A DNA stretch of 64,000 nucleotides from Sedimentisphaerales bacterium (GCA_963708075.1 OY970194.1:4160001-4224000); one strand, 5' to 3'; counted from the first letter of the stretch, positions 15,001 to 24,922 are shown. The notes: generated from the sequence alone by a model not told the origin. Numbers and translations: made by a program.

Positions 15001-15343
15001 CGGATTCAGCCGGTTGGCTGTCAACAATCGTCGAGTCGCTGCCTCCGTTATCGGCCTGCGTCTCATCAGTAGCATTTTGTGTAAGGAACAGTTGAAGACT
15101 GTCGAGCTGGGCGTCAGTCGCACAGTCACTTGTGTCGGTGCTGACCTCTATGGCGGCTACGGGGATAACACTGGCAGTGGGATTGACATCGATGCGAATT
15201 GGATCGACCTCTTCGCTGCCGAACACGGCGGAAAGCAGGAGTCTCGGCTCGAGAGACTCTACGACACAGCCCGCCTGGCGGCCGTCTGTTGTCGCCAGTG
15301 AGCTCTTGCCTGCCCACCACTTCGCCAACCGTCCTATCACCAC
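1..15343 (-). CDS. Giant LEPR-XLL-motif surface/adhesin-like protein (>5,000 aa; 3' end beyond window; one probable 1-nt frameshift near 2248)
   Basis: 4416-aa ORF 2150..15400 with N-terminal VESLEPRLLLSA, GGxGxD RTX-like repeats and long N-x-V-x-A-Y-I beta-helix repeats. Near 2248 restoring one G turns SLSGAAPAPR into SLSGAGAGSENRIATLVQAYI. The same repeat style is read at the window edge (AYLQDSTVDAEGAVTLRAT). Likely start is GTG 15343/15340 after GAGGGGAG. Confidence 0.9.
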
Positions 15344-15702
15344 TACTCCCCTCACACGCACCACGCCGGTACGTGGAGATACCCACCTTCGCCGCGCCAC
15401 GCTCCTTCAGTAGAATATCCCTGCTGAGCCGGCACTCGCAGGTGCCGCTCAAGCTAAGAAATGAATCGGACTGGCTCTGCGGCTCTCACCCTTAGATGCC
15501 TACGTTCGACTCCGACAGTGCCGTCGGGGACGACTGCACACCATGACATCTTAACTCAGGCTGCCCATCTTCGTCAAGGAAAAATCGAGATTTCCTCAAG
15601 GTGAGGCGCACGTCACGCCCATGGGTAGGTTTTCAGGCAGCTAAGGACCTCCGCTCCCAGTCGCTACACACACAGGATCGGCCACTGCCCTGGTGACCCC
15701 GG

Positions 15703-15901
15703 GGCTGTTTCGAGAACCACTCGTTGCAGCAAACCCTGCCCCTCATTGCCGCAGCAAGTCTGTTCTGTCACTCGGTCCTCTAAAGCCCCAGATTCCTGTG
15801 AAATAGAGACAATTCCTCTCCCTAAGCGGCTCCCGATGTCGCGACGATCCTGGCATCCATGGCACACTATCCCTCCCTTGCGACAAATCCTCAAAACAGC
15901 C
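15703..15901. mobile_element. Possible ~200-bp MITE / internally deleted IS remnant
   Basis: Imperfect terminal inverted repeats GGCTGTTTCGAGAA (15703) and TCCTCAAAACAGCC (ends 15901), with no credible ORF between them. Confidence 0.35.
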
Positions 15902-16019
15902 TTTTGGGCCTATCGCAGAGCAATTCTGATACCTGCAAACGTGACGTGCACCCGCCTGCCACGAGTCGGGCGTCCCACAGGATCGCCGCGGCATTCCGGC
16001 GAAAATATGGACATGCCTA

Positions 16020-16048
16020 TTGACAAGGGTTGGAGAAGCTGATATCGT
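16020..16048 (+). promoter_or_regulatory. Putative sigma70 promoter for the VPLPA-CTERM gene
   Basis: TTGACA, 17-nt spacer, TG-n-TATCGT. Confidence 0.5.
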
Positions 16049-16217
16049 CGAGTTAGAAGGCGCAGGGAAGTTGTGCCGGATCACACTATGCGTCTTTCCT
16101 TAAGCCCCAAGGTACTAAGGCACAGGGACGTACTGTGCGGCGATAGGCCGACCATTGCAGAATCACTGCGTCGGCATTTCGCCTGAGTCGTTGAGGTTTG
16201 AAGGAAGGAGGAGAGAC

Positions 16218-16931
16218 ATGAGAACAGTGGTTGTGGCATGCGTCATTACAGCATGCGCATTTATTGGGCACTCCGCGTGGGCCGACCTATTTGATCCGGC
16301 CGACATTGATCAACAGCAGACGAGTATAGATCTCTGCTACGCGGTCGGGGATCTGCTTGGGATGCCGGTTTCGACTATGATGGCCCAGACATTCACAGTG
16401 GGCAAGCCGGGCATCTGGTATGGTATCGAAATCGGCGTCATAGATGCACCTATTTACGGGCCCGTGTCCCCGCCGCTTGTGCAGATCGGATACACGCAAG
16501 AAGATGGTCTGCCTCCTTGGACGAATCTCGGATCTGTCACTCTGTCCGACCCTGACCCCTCCGATGGCTGGATCCGCGGCACCCTTGTCTCGCCCATCTC
16601 CGTCACCGCGGGGGAAATGTACTCCATCATCGTGCAGCGGGACCCCGAATCTCCTGGAATCGTCTCGGTGGGTGCCACATATAATGAATCCTACCGCCCC
16701 GACCCCCTGAACCTGAACCCCCTGGACCCGGACGGCGGGGCCCTGTGGGGAAACGATGACGGTACCAATTGGGAGTTGTTAATGTTAAGTGGCGACGGCC
16801 TATTCGACTTCCCTGTCTACGACATGCAGTTCCGAACCTACGTCGCGCCTGTTCCCCTGCCGGCGGGAGTCTTGTTGGGGATTCTCGGCCTGGGCGTCGC
16901 GGGCTGGCGTCTGAGACGTCAAATGGCATAA
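16218..16931 (+). CDS. Secreted PEP-CTERM/VPLPA-CTERM sorting-domain protein (237 aa)
   Basis: RBS AAGGAGGAG before ATG 16218; signal peptide MRTVVVACVITACAFIGHSAWA; C-terminus APVPLPAGVLLGILGLGVAGWRLRRQMA (VPLPA, TM helix, basic tail). Confidence 0.88.
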   Translation: MRTVVVACVITACAFIGHSAWADLFDPADIDQQQTSIDLCYAVGDLLGMPVSTMMAQTFTVGKPGIWYGIEIGVIDAPIYGPVSPPLVQIGYTQEDGLPPWTNLGSVTLSDPDPSDGWIRGTLVSPISVTAGEMYSIIVQRDPESPGIVSVGATYNESYRPDPLNLNPLDPDGGALWGNDDGTNWELLMLSGDGLFDFPVYDMQFRTYVAPVPLPAGVLLGILGLGVAGWRLRRQMA

Positions 16932-17194
16932 CCGAGCATCGGCAACCATCGTAATTTCAGGGCTGCGTTTCACCACGGACGCAGCCCTGTTGCTTTTGTC
17001 CATCCGGGTCGACAAACAGGACCACGTGTACCTGTCAAGCGCCGACGGGACCATCCTGGAAACCCGCCTATCTCTTTGAAGCATAGGCACTTAGATCCCG
17101 GAGCCACGAGCTCGCATTTTCCCCCATCTGAGACTATACTGCCTGGCGAATTGGCCCGGCTTCCATTGTGTTGTGAAGCCTTGGCGGAGGTGGC

Positions 17195-17371
17195 ATGACA
17201 GAGAGTCTCGACATCCTCAGTACCGCTGTTTCACTGCTCATCAGAGCCGCTCTGCTCGCGGCGCGGTTCTCGGGACGCGTTCGCAAGCGAAACCTCAGAC
17301 GACTGGCGGCCAAGGATACCGATGACAAGGCCAAGGTGAACCAGCGACACACGGATTTTCAGTGCGTTTAG
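17195..17371 (+). pseudogene. Truncated N-terminus of a probable transposase/integrase, joined to the att fragment
   Basis: GGAGG RBS then MTESLDILSTAVSLLIRAALLAARFSGRVRKRNLRRLAAKDTDDKAK, which runs directly into tRNA-derived sequence at 17337. The family call is from memory of planctomycete integrase-core N-termini. Confidence 0.4.
17337..17363 (-). repeat. att site: 27-bp exact direct repeat of the tRNA-Phe anticodon-loop-to-T-loop segment
   Basis: TGAACCAGCGACACACGGATTTTCAGT occurs at both 17337-17363 and 23656-23682. Confidence 0.9.
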
Positions 17372-17790
17372 GCCATCTGTAAGTGCTTATGGCATAAGGG
17401 TTAATGGCTGCTACATAAGGACTTAGAGGGCTGGCGTAGGTCGCACAGAGGACGAACTGAGGGCCAACGTAGCAGCGTTGGCACACGTTTTTGGCACATC
17501 AACGAGTTGAGAGCACTGACAAGACCGGTCCAGTATCAGCAGCTCCCATCTCAGGAACAGCGGCCCACCGCTACCATGGTTGAGCCCGAGGACCCTTTCC
17601 TGTTTGGCTTCGGCTACGGCTTCGGTAGGACCTCCGCCTACGCCAAACAGGCGGCGGCATTCGCCGCCGGAGTCGCGGAGCCCAACGAGTTGTCTCCGTC
17701 CGCCAGCCTCGCCGATCCGGCTGCTTGCCGCGAGGCCCCTGGAGCCCCGTACGGCGTCGTCCAGAACCGTAAAGATATTCATCCCATCCA

Positions 17791-18887
17791 TCAGGCGGCC
17801 CTCCGATAGAAGTGCAGGAGTCCGCCAAGCCGCTCCTGGCAGACGACTTTGCCTTCCCCTTGCGGAGGCGGCTCGATGATCTCGTTGCCGATACCCTGGT
17901 GAGCCCGCTCCGTATGATAGTGCTCCATGTACTCTTTGATGACGAACTCCAGGTGCCGCTCGCCGAAGATCAGCATCCGATTCAAGCACTCGCTCTTGAT
18001 GCTGCGGACAAACCTCTCGACGATGCAATTTAGGTGCGGTGCCATGGGCAGGGTCCGGATGCACTTGACCCCGGACGACTTCAGGATTTCCCGGAACTCC
18101 TCAGTGAACAGAGGGTCCCGGTCGTGGATCAGGTACTTCTTGTCCTTAAGGAAACCTGAGAATTGATCGGCCAGATTCCTGGCTTTCTGGAGCATCCATT
18201 CGCGATGGGCCTGCTGGATGATACCGGCCACGTTCGCCTTGCGCGTGGCGTAGTCGATAGTGACCAGAACCATGTATCGGGTAAGGCCAGACAGGGTGTA
18301 AATCTCAGTCGTGAAGAAGTCGATAGCCGCCAGAGACTCCCAATGCGACCGTAGGAACTCTGACCAGCGGGTCTCTCTGGCTCGATCCGGACCGGGCGTG
18401 TATCCATTTCGCTTGAGGACATTGTCGATGGTCGTGTGGCAGATGTTGTGCCCCAAGTACTTGAGTTGTCCTTTGATCCTTCGAGAGCCCCAAGTCTTGT
18501 TCTTGCGTGTGATTTGGACGATCAGTTCCTCCATCTCTTCGGAGATTCTCTTTCTACCGGGTGTCCCCTTCTCCTTCTTCTTGCTGCCATCATACTTGCG
18601 AGCGATGAGATTGCGATGTCATCGGAGGATCGTATCTGGGGAGAAGACAGAACAAGCGTCATTCAGGACCGACCGCCCCAAACGTTTGCCAGTCGTGCCA
18701 ATCGCATCCGCTGGTTGTCATTGAGAAGGATTCTCTTGGTGTCGAGCTTCTCGCGTAGAATCTTGTTCTCCTCCTTGAGGTACACAATCACATCCCGCTG
18801 ATGCCGGTTGATCCAGCCGGCCAGCATCATCAGGAGCATGCCCATAGGTTTGACTTTCACCACCACTTCAGCCTTTCCACCTTCCAA
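17791..18887 (-). pseudogene. Integrase-core (rve, DDE) transposase, IS3/IS481-like, inactivated
   Basis: Motifs WGSRRIKGQL, AIDFFTTE, LIHDRD, VERFVRSIKSECL and YHTERAHQG. The N-terminal part (LAGWINRHQRDVIVYLKEENKILRE) is separated by a frameshift near 18685 and an in-frame TGA at 18619-18621 (DTILR*HRNL, where Trp is expected). Confidence 0.85.
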
Positions 18888-18987
18888 ACCATGTCCAGGA
18901 AATCAGGGTAAGCCATTATAGGTGGAATGCTCTCCGAGAGGAATCATTATCGCCGGTCCCTCCAGCGCGTTCGAAAGGCCGGGGTGA

Positions 18988-19284
18988 ATTGAAGGTGCCA
19001 GGTACGAATGGCAGGAAGAAGATCGGGCGTTCGATTTTAAGACGCATCCGGTGAACGGCTTCAAGGCCGGCGGTGTGGTGCGGGTGAAGCTCAACGGCGA
19101 GAACGACAACTGTCGCTGGTATCTCAACGATGCCGACGACATTCCGACGGTTGCCCTAGCCTACACGACGAACCTGGTGCACACACTCTATCCCGAATAC
19201 GGCAAGATCAGGTGGGAGTTCTGCAAGCACTATTCCCGCGATCAGAAGACGGACGCCATCAAGTACGACCCGTACGCCAAGTAA
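18988..19284 (+). pseudogene. C-terminal fragment of a gene, possibly an esterase/PHB-depolymerase-like hydrolase
   Basis: Open frame IEGARYEWQEEDRAFDFKTHPVNGF...TNLVHTLYPEYGKIRWEFCKHYSRD with coding-like codon usage but no proper start; abuts the transposase. Confidence 0.4.
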
Positions 19285-19432
19285 GCCACTTCTGTCCACC
19301 ATGCACTTACGACAAGAGGTCCAGCGTCGTACTGCTGGGCCTCTTATGCCGTTGCCAGCCGATCCGCTGGCGATCACCTTCGTCAAGGCGCTGTGATCCA
19401 GGTGTGGCGGCGCGGAATATGATCTACTTCGC

Positions 19433-19476
19433 GGTTCGGGACCAAGAGGGTGCAGGTTCACACCTTGTCGCCCCGA
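19433..19476 (+). repeat. Degenerate 3' half of tRNA-Pro(CGG), probable old att scar
   Basis: GGTTCGGGACCAAGAGGGTGCAGGTTCACACCTTGTCGCCCCGA gives anticodon loop TT-CGG-GA, a T-arm-like GCAGG-TTCA and acceptor strand CGCCCCG-A. There is no 5' half. Confidence 0.7.
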
Positions 19477-19560
19477 TTTGGCAAAGGTATTGCTCTTTCT
19501 TGCCGCTGTCATCCGCACAGTCTCAGAAAACGCTTTCAGACAATTCCCCTTTCTTTTTGC

Positions 19561-22500
19561 CTATTCTCTCTGAGGACCGAGTACGATGGGGTGCGCAGCG
19601 TTAGATCCATCAAGAAGTCTCTCGATCAATCGAAATTCAGGGAGAAGGTCCTGATCATGTTCCACGCCCTTGAATGGATTGCCGGTCTGCGGAGTGGCAG
19701 GATTCACCGCCGTAAGCTCTTCACGCGAATAGGGAACGTAAAGCCCAAAACCGATCTTGCCCGTAGCACGCGTCAACCAATCACCGTGCTTGCTCACACG
19801 AATTGGCCGATGCACGTTGTGCTCTCTAAGATAGTTCTTGATCTCTTGTTGATGAAGAAAATGTGGATAAGCACCTTGCGGGCGTTTTGCCAACTTGGCT
19901 GCCTTCTCCTCGTTTTCTGATAACTTTTGCCGCTCCCACACTTCAACCTCAGCGGCAAGTTCCTCAAACGCTCGGCCCAATTGCTTCCGTCGATCGCTCA
20001 TCGCGTACGGAATTACGGGCTGGCCGATGATGTCCCGCCAAAGCGCAACGACAGCGTTTTCGTTGGATCTTCCTCCTGGATCGAGAAACCATTCGCAAAC
20101 AATGCCTGCTTCCTCTATCCGTGTTCGCTGCTGCTCGAACCATGCGGCACACGCCTTGAGTAGATCCGGCTCTCCATGCGACGTGTCGCTCCTCGATTCG
20201 ACCAAAAACATCCTGCCATTCAGCAATGGTGTCAGTCGCTCTGCTTGCGTTCTCTCAATTCCTGGTGGAACTTGTGAGATAGTTTCGAGATCATCGTCAG
20301 GCAAATATTCCCGTCGCTTGAATTCTGCGGTACGTGCTTCGAGAAACTCCTTCACGTTATCTCCGATCAACACACGGGACTTGAGCAAAATAGCCTCATC
20401 GGGAAATGGACTGTGAATCCTCAGCGGAACTGACAGGAGAGGAACGCGATCGTCTAATGGCCAGAACGCATCTCTATATTGCGGGTCCACATCTGTTTTT
20501 ACGGCGATAAGGGCCGTATTTTCATCAGTCCGCAAGCTTGGAAGGATGCGCCCATTTCTTCGCGAGGCCAAAATGATGCATCGGTGAATGCCCGCCCAGC
20601 GGAGCATTGAGATCCATGACAGTGTGAAACCTTGGGGCAAACTCGCCCATTGCGCTACTTCGATTCTGTCGGTCCCAGGTGTATAGCCCGGGTACCGCAG
20701 CCCACGGTAGTAGGCGTGGCTACTCCCTGTCAGCCGCTTCGTCGGTCCATAGACCAAAGCATATGCGAGCATATCCCGCATCACGGCTTCAAGGAGTGGT
20801 TTGCTGAAAGGATACATTTCGGTTGCCAAGCGATCCCGTGTCAGGGTCAGTGGCAATGCCCCGTCTGGATCGAAGATCGAAACTGAAGGCACTTTCAGGC
20901 ACAAGGACTCCTCTGTTGACTTGTCGCTCCCCAAATGTGTCTTGCCATTTGTGGAGAGTGTATGCCACTTGACTCCCCTATCGCGCTCCATGTCCCCAAT
21001 CGTGATGCCGTTGCATGTCAATGTGGTCCCGTATTCTTCATAGGTCCATTGGATGTCCGTAAAGGGCTGATACGTGATTCGTCGCCACTTCAACGGTAGA
21101 GTTGCGCCTTCGGAAGGAAGCCAATTGTCATTATGGTCATTGAAATCGCCTGACCGATCAGTGTCTTCACCGTTACGAAGGCGTTTGACGACCGGATCAG
21201 ACAACCGATACCAATTCCACTCAAAACGAGAACTGTCGCCAAGGGGAGCAGAAAGCCTGACCCTAACTGTTGTTCCAATCTCCCGGCGCGCATGAAAGAG
21301 GTCAATTGACTCGTCTTCAAGGCGGGCCGTGAACTGGATGGCACGAGCAGAGGAATAATGCCGAGTGATGACCTGCAATTGTTCGCCCAACAAGAAAGCT
21401 GCAAGTGCGCCGACGCCAAAGCGACCGCTGCGGAGGACTTTGGAATGCCCGTTTGCGTCAGTGAACAACTTCTGCCAATCCGAGGAACGGCGATATGTAG
21501 CACCGGCCTTCAAGAAGAAATCTCGGACGATCTCAGCAGTCATTCCGATGCCGCGGTCAGCAACTTCGAACCAGTGAAGCCAATCCGATGGCGGACCGCC
21601 ATTTTCGGGCGTCGGTGTTTTCTCATCACGGCTGCATTCGGCGAGAATCACATCCGCATTGGGGAATCGAGAGTCGATGGGCGCAAAACTCGATTTACTC
21701 TCGAACGATAAAGCTCGCCGTTCCCGAACGGCGTCGAGCGCGTTTTGCAGCAACTCACGCACGCCAATGCCGGGGCTATCCCCATACAACGGCTTGACGA
21801 GCAATTTCAAGTATTCGCCTTGTGCGGTATCGAAGGCGGCGCGACAAGGCACGAACGTCAACTTTGATTCAAAACTCTGATCATAGAGATTCGATTTCAC
21901 TCGCCGTAAGCTCAACCACAATCGTGACAGGCGATCATAACGGCCATAGACCTCACCCAACACGGTCCAGCCGTGATCAAGCTCGGATTGAAGCATTTCG
22001 TGCCATTGCCGTAATCGAAACAGGGTCGACGCGATGAAGACTTCGCTCGGTTGGACATCAATGCAGACGGCTTCAGGGTCTTCATCGACATTGAGCCGAA
22101 CATCAAAAATTGCCTGATGAGACTCCTGTTCGCGCCGAGAGTAAGGGCTGGCAAGCTTCTGAATCAAGGCACGGGAGCCCGCTGCACGCTCGGCGTGTAC
22201 GTGCAACACATCGGCAACGCGCAGCACTGCCATCAGGTACACGACGTGTGTCCCGCGACTCTCTCGAAGATTGTTGGAGTGGTGGCGTGAGAGATAGCCA
22301 AATGTGTCGCGCAACTGCATGCCGTGTGAGCGAGATACCAGCCCGATCAAATCCCTCAGTTCCGGCGATACCATCGAGGAATCACTAACAATCAGTTGTG
22401 GGCCGTCATTGCCCGGCCATCCGTAACAAGCAATCTCATGAGCCAGGCGATGATGATGTCTCCGAATGAACTCTCCGATGAGCAGTGTTTGGCACTCGGT

Positions 22501-23055
22501 CAGTGGCTCGTTGCAGCGTACGATATGTGTTAGATGTTGTGTTGATTTGCTGTGTGACCATGGCAATTCGCCGAACAGCCGGCGAATCGTTCGCTCCCCC
22601 CAATGCCGCGATTCTTCAAGGTACATTTCCCATAAGGCGTGCCACGGCTGGTCCAACGCCTTATCGATCAATGGGCGAGCAGCACCGTCTATGAGTTCTG
22701 CAAAGGCCGCTTGCGTGAGGAACATCCCCATATCGTGGTACAAAACCGCGCCCGTTAGCACAAAAACGTCCTCCGCTGAGGTAACATCCCAACTATTGGG
22801 CCGGCCAAAACCACCAGTACATATCAAAAACTCGGCAAGGTGGGCAACGCGTAAGAGATGTTGTATCCCGTGGTCGGTGTATTCAGGAAAGAAGGTCATT
22901 CGAGGATGCTTACCAAGCCAAGCCACGTAGTGGCTGTAAGCAGCGTCAAGCAGCGGATAGCAGTTGCCGGCTTTTTGTTCTATTCTAGTCGGCAGTATCT
23001 GCTTGATGGGCAAATTCGGTATATCATTATGGCGTTCAACTGGCATTCGAACCAT
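19561..23055 (-). CDS. HD-CE phosphohydrolase fused to an Hsp90-like GHKL ATPase (conflict/defence-type protein, ~1160 aa)
   Basis: HD-CE motifs FFPEYTDHGIQH, LYHDMGM, RRHHHRLA, SHG, LRVAD; GHKL motifs LYGDSPGIGVRELLQNALDA, DRGIGMT, GRFGVG, GTTV. The start codon is uncertain (23103/23055/23046). Confidence 0.85.
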   Translation of the reverse strand: MVRMPVERHNDIPNLPIKQILPTRIEQKAGNCYPLLDAAYSHYVAWLGKHPRMTFFPEYTDHGIQHLLRVAHLAEFLICTGGFGRPNSWDVTSAEDVFVLTGAVLYHDMGMFLTQAAFAELIDGAARPLIDKALDQPWHALWEMYLEESRHWGERTIRRLFGELPWSHSKSTQHLTHIVRCNEPLTECQTLLIGEFIRRHHHRLAHEIACYGWPGNDGPQLIVSDSSMVSPELRDLIGLVSRSHGMQLRDTFGYLSRHHSNNLRESRGTHVVYLMAVLRVADVLHVHAERAAGSRALIQKLASPYSRREQESHQAIFDVRLNVDEDPEAVCIDVQPSEVFIASTLFRLRQWHEMLQSELDHGWTVLGEVYGRYDRLSRLWLSLRRVKSNLYDQSFESKLTFVPCRAAFDTAQGEYLKLLVKPLYGDSPGIGVRELLQNALDAVRERRALSFESKSSFAPIDSRFPNADVILAECSRDEKTPTPENGGPPSDWLHWFEVADRGIGMTAEIVRDFFLKAGATYRRSSDWQKLFTDANGHSKVLRSGRFGVGALAAFLLGEQLQVITRHYSSARAIQFTARLEDESIDLFHARREIGTTVRVRLSAPLGDSSRFEWNWYRLSDPVVKRLRNGEDTDRSGDFNDHNDNWLPSEGATLPLKWRRITYQPFTDIQWTYEEYGTTLTCNGITIGDMERDRGVKWHTLSTNGKTHLGSDKSTEESLCLKVPSVSIFDPDGALPLTLTRDRLATEMYPFSKPLLEAVMRDMLAYALVYGPTKRLTGSSHAYYRGLRYPGYTPGTDRIEVAQWASLPQGFTLSWISMLRWAGIHRCIILASRRNGRILPSLRTDENTALIAVKTDVDPQYRDAFWPLDDRVPLLSVPLRIHSPFPDEAILLKSRVLIGDNVKEFLEARTAEFKRREYLPDDDLETISQVPPGIERTQAERLTPLLNGRMFLVESRSDTSHGEPDLLKACAAWFEQQRTRIEEAGIVCEWFLDPGGRSNENAVVALWRDIIGQPVIPYAMSDRRKQLGRAFEELAAEVEVWERQKLSENEEKAAKLAKRPQGAYPHFLHQQEIKNYLREHNVHRPIRVSKHGDWLTRATGKIGFGLYVPYSREELTAVNPATPQTGNPFKGVEHDQDLLPEFRLIERLLDGSNAAHPIVLGPQRE

Positions 23056-23306
23056 TATACATGTTTTTAGCGAGTTGCACTCGTGGACGATGAGGAACAG
23101 CAATTAGTAGTTGAGGAACCCGCCGTCCTCCGCCATCCGTGCTCCGTCCTCCATTCTCTGCGTTTGGGTGGTGAAGAACTCGGCGGGCGAGCCCCACCGT
23201 ACCGTCCTCGTTCTCCGCGGTGAGGAATCCGTATTCATCTTGTGTGAATCCGTGTCTCCTCTGCGTCCCCCGGCGTTCTCTGCGATGAAATCCCGCACCA
23301 CTGGCG

Positions 23307-23560
23307 TTGAAGGTCCGGTTGGCTGCCGTTGGTATTATCGACGGGGAGCGGATCAGTGCGGCCAAGCCACTGGCTGAGTTGCTCAAGGACTTTACAGGTC
23401 ACATGGACGCCAAAGAGAGAAGTGCACAGCACGTGCGGTTGAACGATGAGCGGGCGGCGCATGCCTTGCTTCCCGATCTGGCAGCCAAACCCGATAGTGA
23501 ACAGGCGAGAGCGACCGGCACAGACAACGCGATTGTCACTGACTTGGGTGGGACGCTTCG
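23307..23560 (+). pseudogene. Internally deleted tyrosine integrase remnant
   Basis: N-terminal-like segment LAAVGIIDGERISAAKPLAELLKDFTGHMDAKERSAQHV joined to a C-terminal-tail-like DERAAHALLPDLAAKPDSEQARATGTD. No catalytic R-HxxR-Y core. Lies next to the tRNA att. Confidence 0.6.
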
Positions 23561-23639
23561 GGGTACAAATCGGCAGAATTCGGCGCATCTCGGCGCAAAG
23601 CAAGACCGCGTTTCTGATAGCGGCAACGCGGTTTCTGAG

Positions 23640-23712
<73 letters not shown>

Positions 23713-23738
23713 GGGTAGTGCCCATAAAAGGCGGAGCT

Positions 23739-23766
23739 AGTGTACCACAGGCCGTAACGATTGCAA
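23739..23766 (-). promoter_or_regulatory. Putative sigma70 promoter of tRNA-Phe
   Basis: Minus strand TTGCAA, 16-nt spacer, TACACT preceded by TG-n. Confidence 0.5.
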
Positions 23767-23870
23767 GCATTTTAAGCTCGCACCCGACATTTTGTTCGGG
23801 GTGGCGGTGGAAAAGGCGGGCGAACGCTCTTGGCCGGGTATCCACTGAAACGAAACATCCCCCTTTGCTT

Positions 23871-23915
23871 TTTACATGGCATTTACACACTTCGGGTCGT
23901 ATTTTAGCCTATAAT
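23871..23915 (+). promoter_or_regulatory. Tandem TTTACA direct repeat (11-bp period) plus TATAAT upstream of the response regulator
   Basis: TTTACA at 23871 and 23882; TATAAT at 23910-23915. Confidence 0.5.
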
Positions 23916-23929
23916 TAAGGTGTGGCAGG

Positions 23930-24633
23930 ATGATTATGGAATTACAGGCACACATACTGGTTGTTGAAGACGAGCAGGCGATCCGGACGGCGCTGGTGGA
24001 TTTCCTGGAGTACCACGGCTTCCGGGTCACGCCGGCGTGCGACGGGCTTGCGGCCAAGCAGGCGGTCGAGCAGAACCGCTTCGACCTGATCCTGCTCGAC
24101 CTGATGCTGCCGGGGATCGGCGGCGAGCAGTTGTGCTCGCTGTGGCGCCACGGCGGGGTACAGACCCCCATCATCATGGTCACGGCCAAGGGGCAGGAGA
24201 AGGACAGGATCCAGGGCCTCGACCTCGGGGCCGACGATTACATTACCAAGCCATTCTCGCTGGAGGAGATGCTGGCCCGCATCCGGGCGGTGCTTCGGCG
24301 GACGGACCCGGCCCGGGGCGTCGGCCAGAGCTTCGCGTTCGGCGACCTGCACATCGACATGGCCTCGCTCAAGGCTCTGCGCGGCGGCCGCAACATCGAC
24401 CTGACCAAGCGTGAAGCCCTGATCGTCCAGTACTTCGCCGCCAACCCCAACCGGGTGATCGATCGCGAGGAGCTCTACCGCGAGGTCTGGCACGATCTTC
24501 TGACCGACCTGGGCACGCGGACAGTCGATATGCACATCGCCAAGCTGCGAGCCAAAATCGAGCAGGACGTTTCCGCCCCGCAGATCATCCAAACCGTCCG
24601 GGCGCGGGCTACAAGTACGCGACCGCCCTGTAG
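23930..24633 (+). CDS. OmpR/PhoB-family DNA-binding response regulator (1-nt frameshift near 24600)
   Basis: ILVVEDE, LLDLMLPG, TAK, GADDYITKPF, RTVDMHIAKLRAKIE. Restoring one G gives QTVRGAGYKYATAL* (TAG 24631-24633). Confidence 0.93.
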
Positions 24634-24701
24634 GTCGCTGGGTCCATGCGCGGCTGGTGCCAGGAAGAAACTGGAGTGTCTGTGAGAATAATCGGGTATC
24701 C

Positions 24702-24794
24702 GGGTGGCAGCGGCAAGCGAAGAGAATCGGAGCTTGCCGATGGTGCTATGCATCCGAGGAGCCATCGGCAAGCTGGCGCTTGCCGCTGCCACCC
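24702..24794. repeat. REP-like inverted pair (GGGTGGCAGCGGCAAGC..AGCTTGCCGATGG family)
   Basis: Two inverted copies here; single copies at 48069-48100 and 49664-49695. Confidence 0.85.
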
Positions 24795-24850
24795 AGCACT
24801 TTGCCCAAGAACCTGGACAGACACAAACTGGATGTGATTGGATAAGGCTT

Positions 24851-24922
24851 GGGTGCCATGCTTACGCTCGCGTAAGCATGCTGTTTATGGAACATGTCTA
24901 CGCGAGCGTAGACATGGCACCC
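24851..24922. repeat. REP-like inverted pair (GGGTGCCATG family)
   Basis: GGGTGCCATGCTTACGCTCGCGTAAGCATG ... CATGTCTACGCGAGCGTAGACATGGCACCC. Confidence 0.85.

Noticed and set aside
15400..16217. c-di-GMP riboswitch upstream of the giant or PEP-CTERM genes
   Set aside because: I could not find the GGCAAA..GAAA..GACGCAAAG or class II consensus on either strand by eye.
18619..18621. In-frame TGA at a Trp position as evidence of recoding (code 4/25)
   Set aside because: Many intact genes here end in TGA and use TGG for Trp. It is a nonsense mutation in an already frameshifted transposase.
19433..19476. Functional tRNA-Pro
   Set aside because: No 5' acceptor strand or D-arm, and the T-arm is mismatched.
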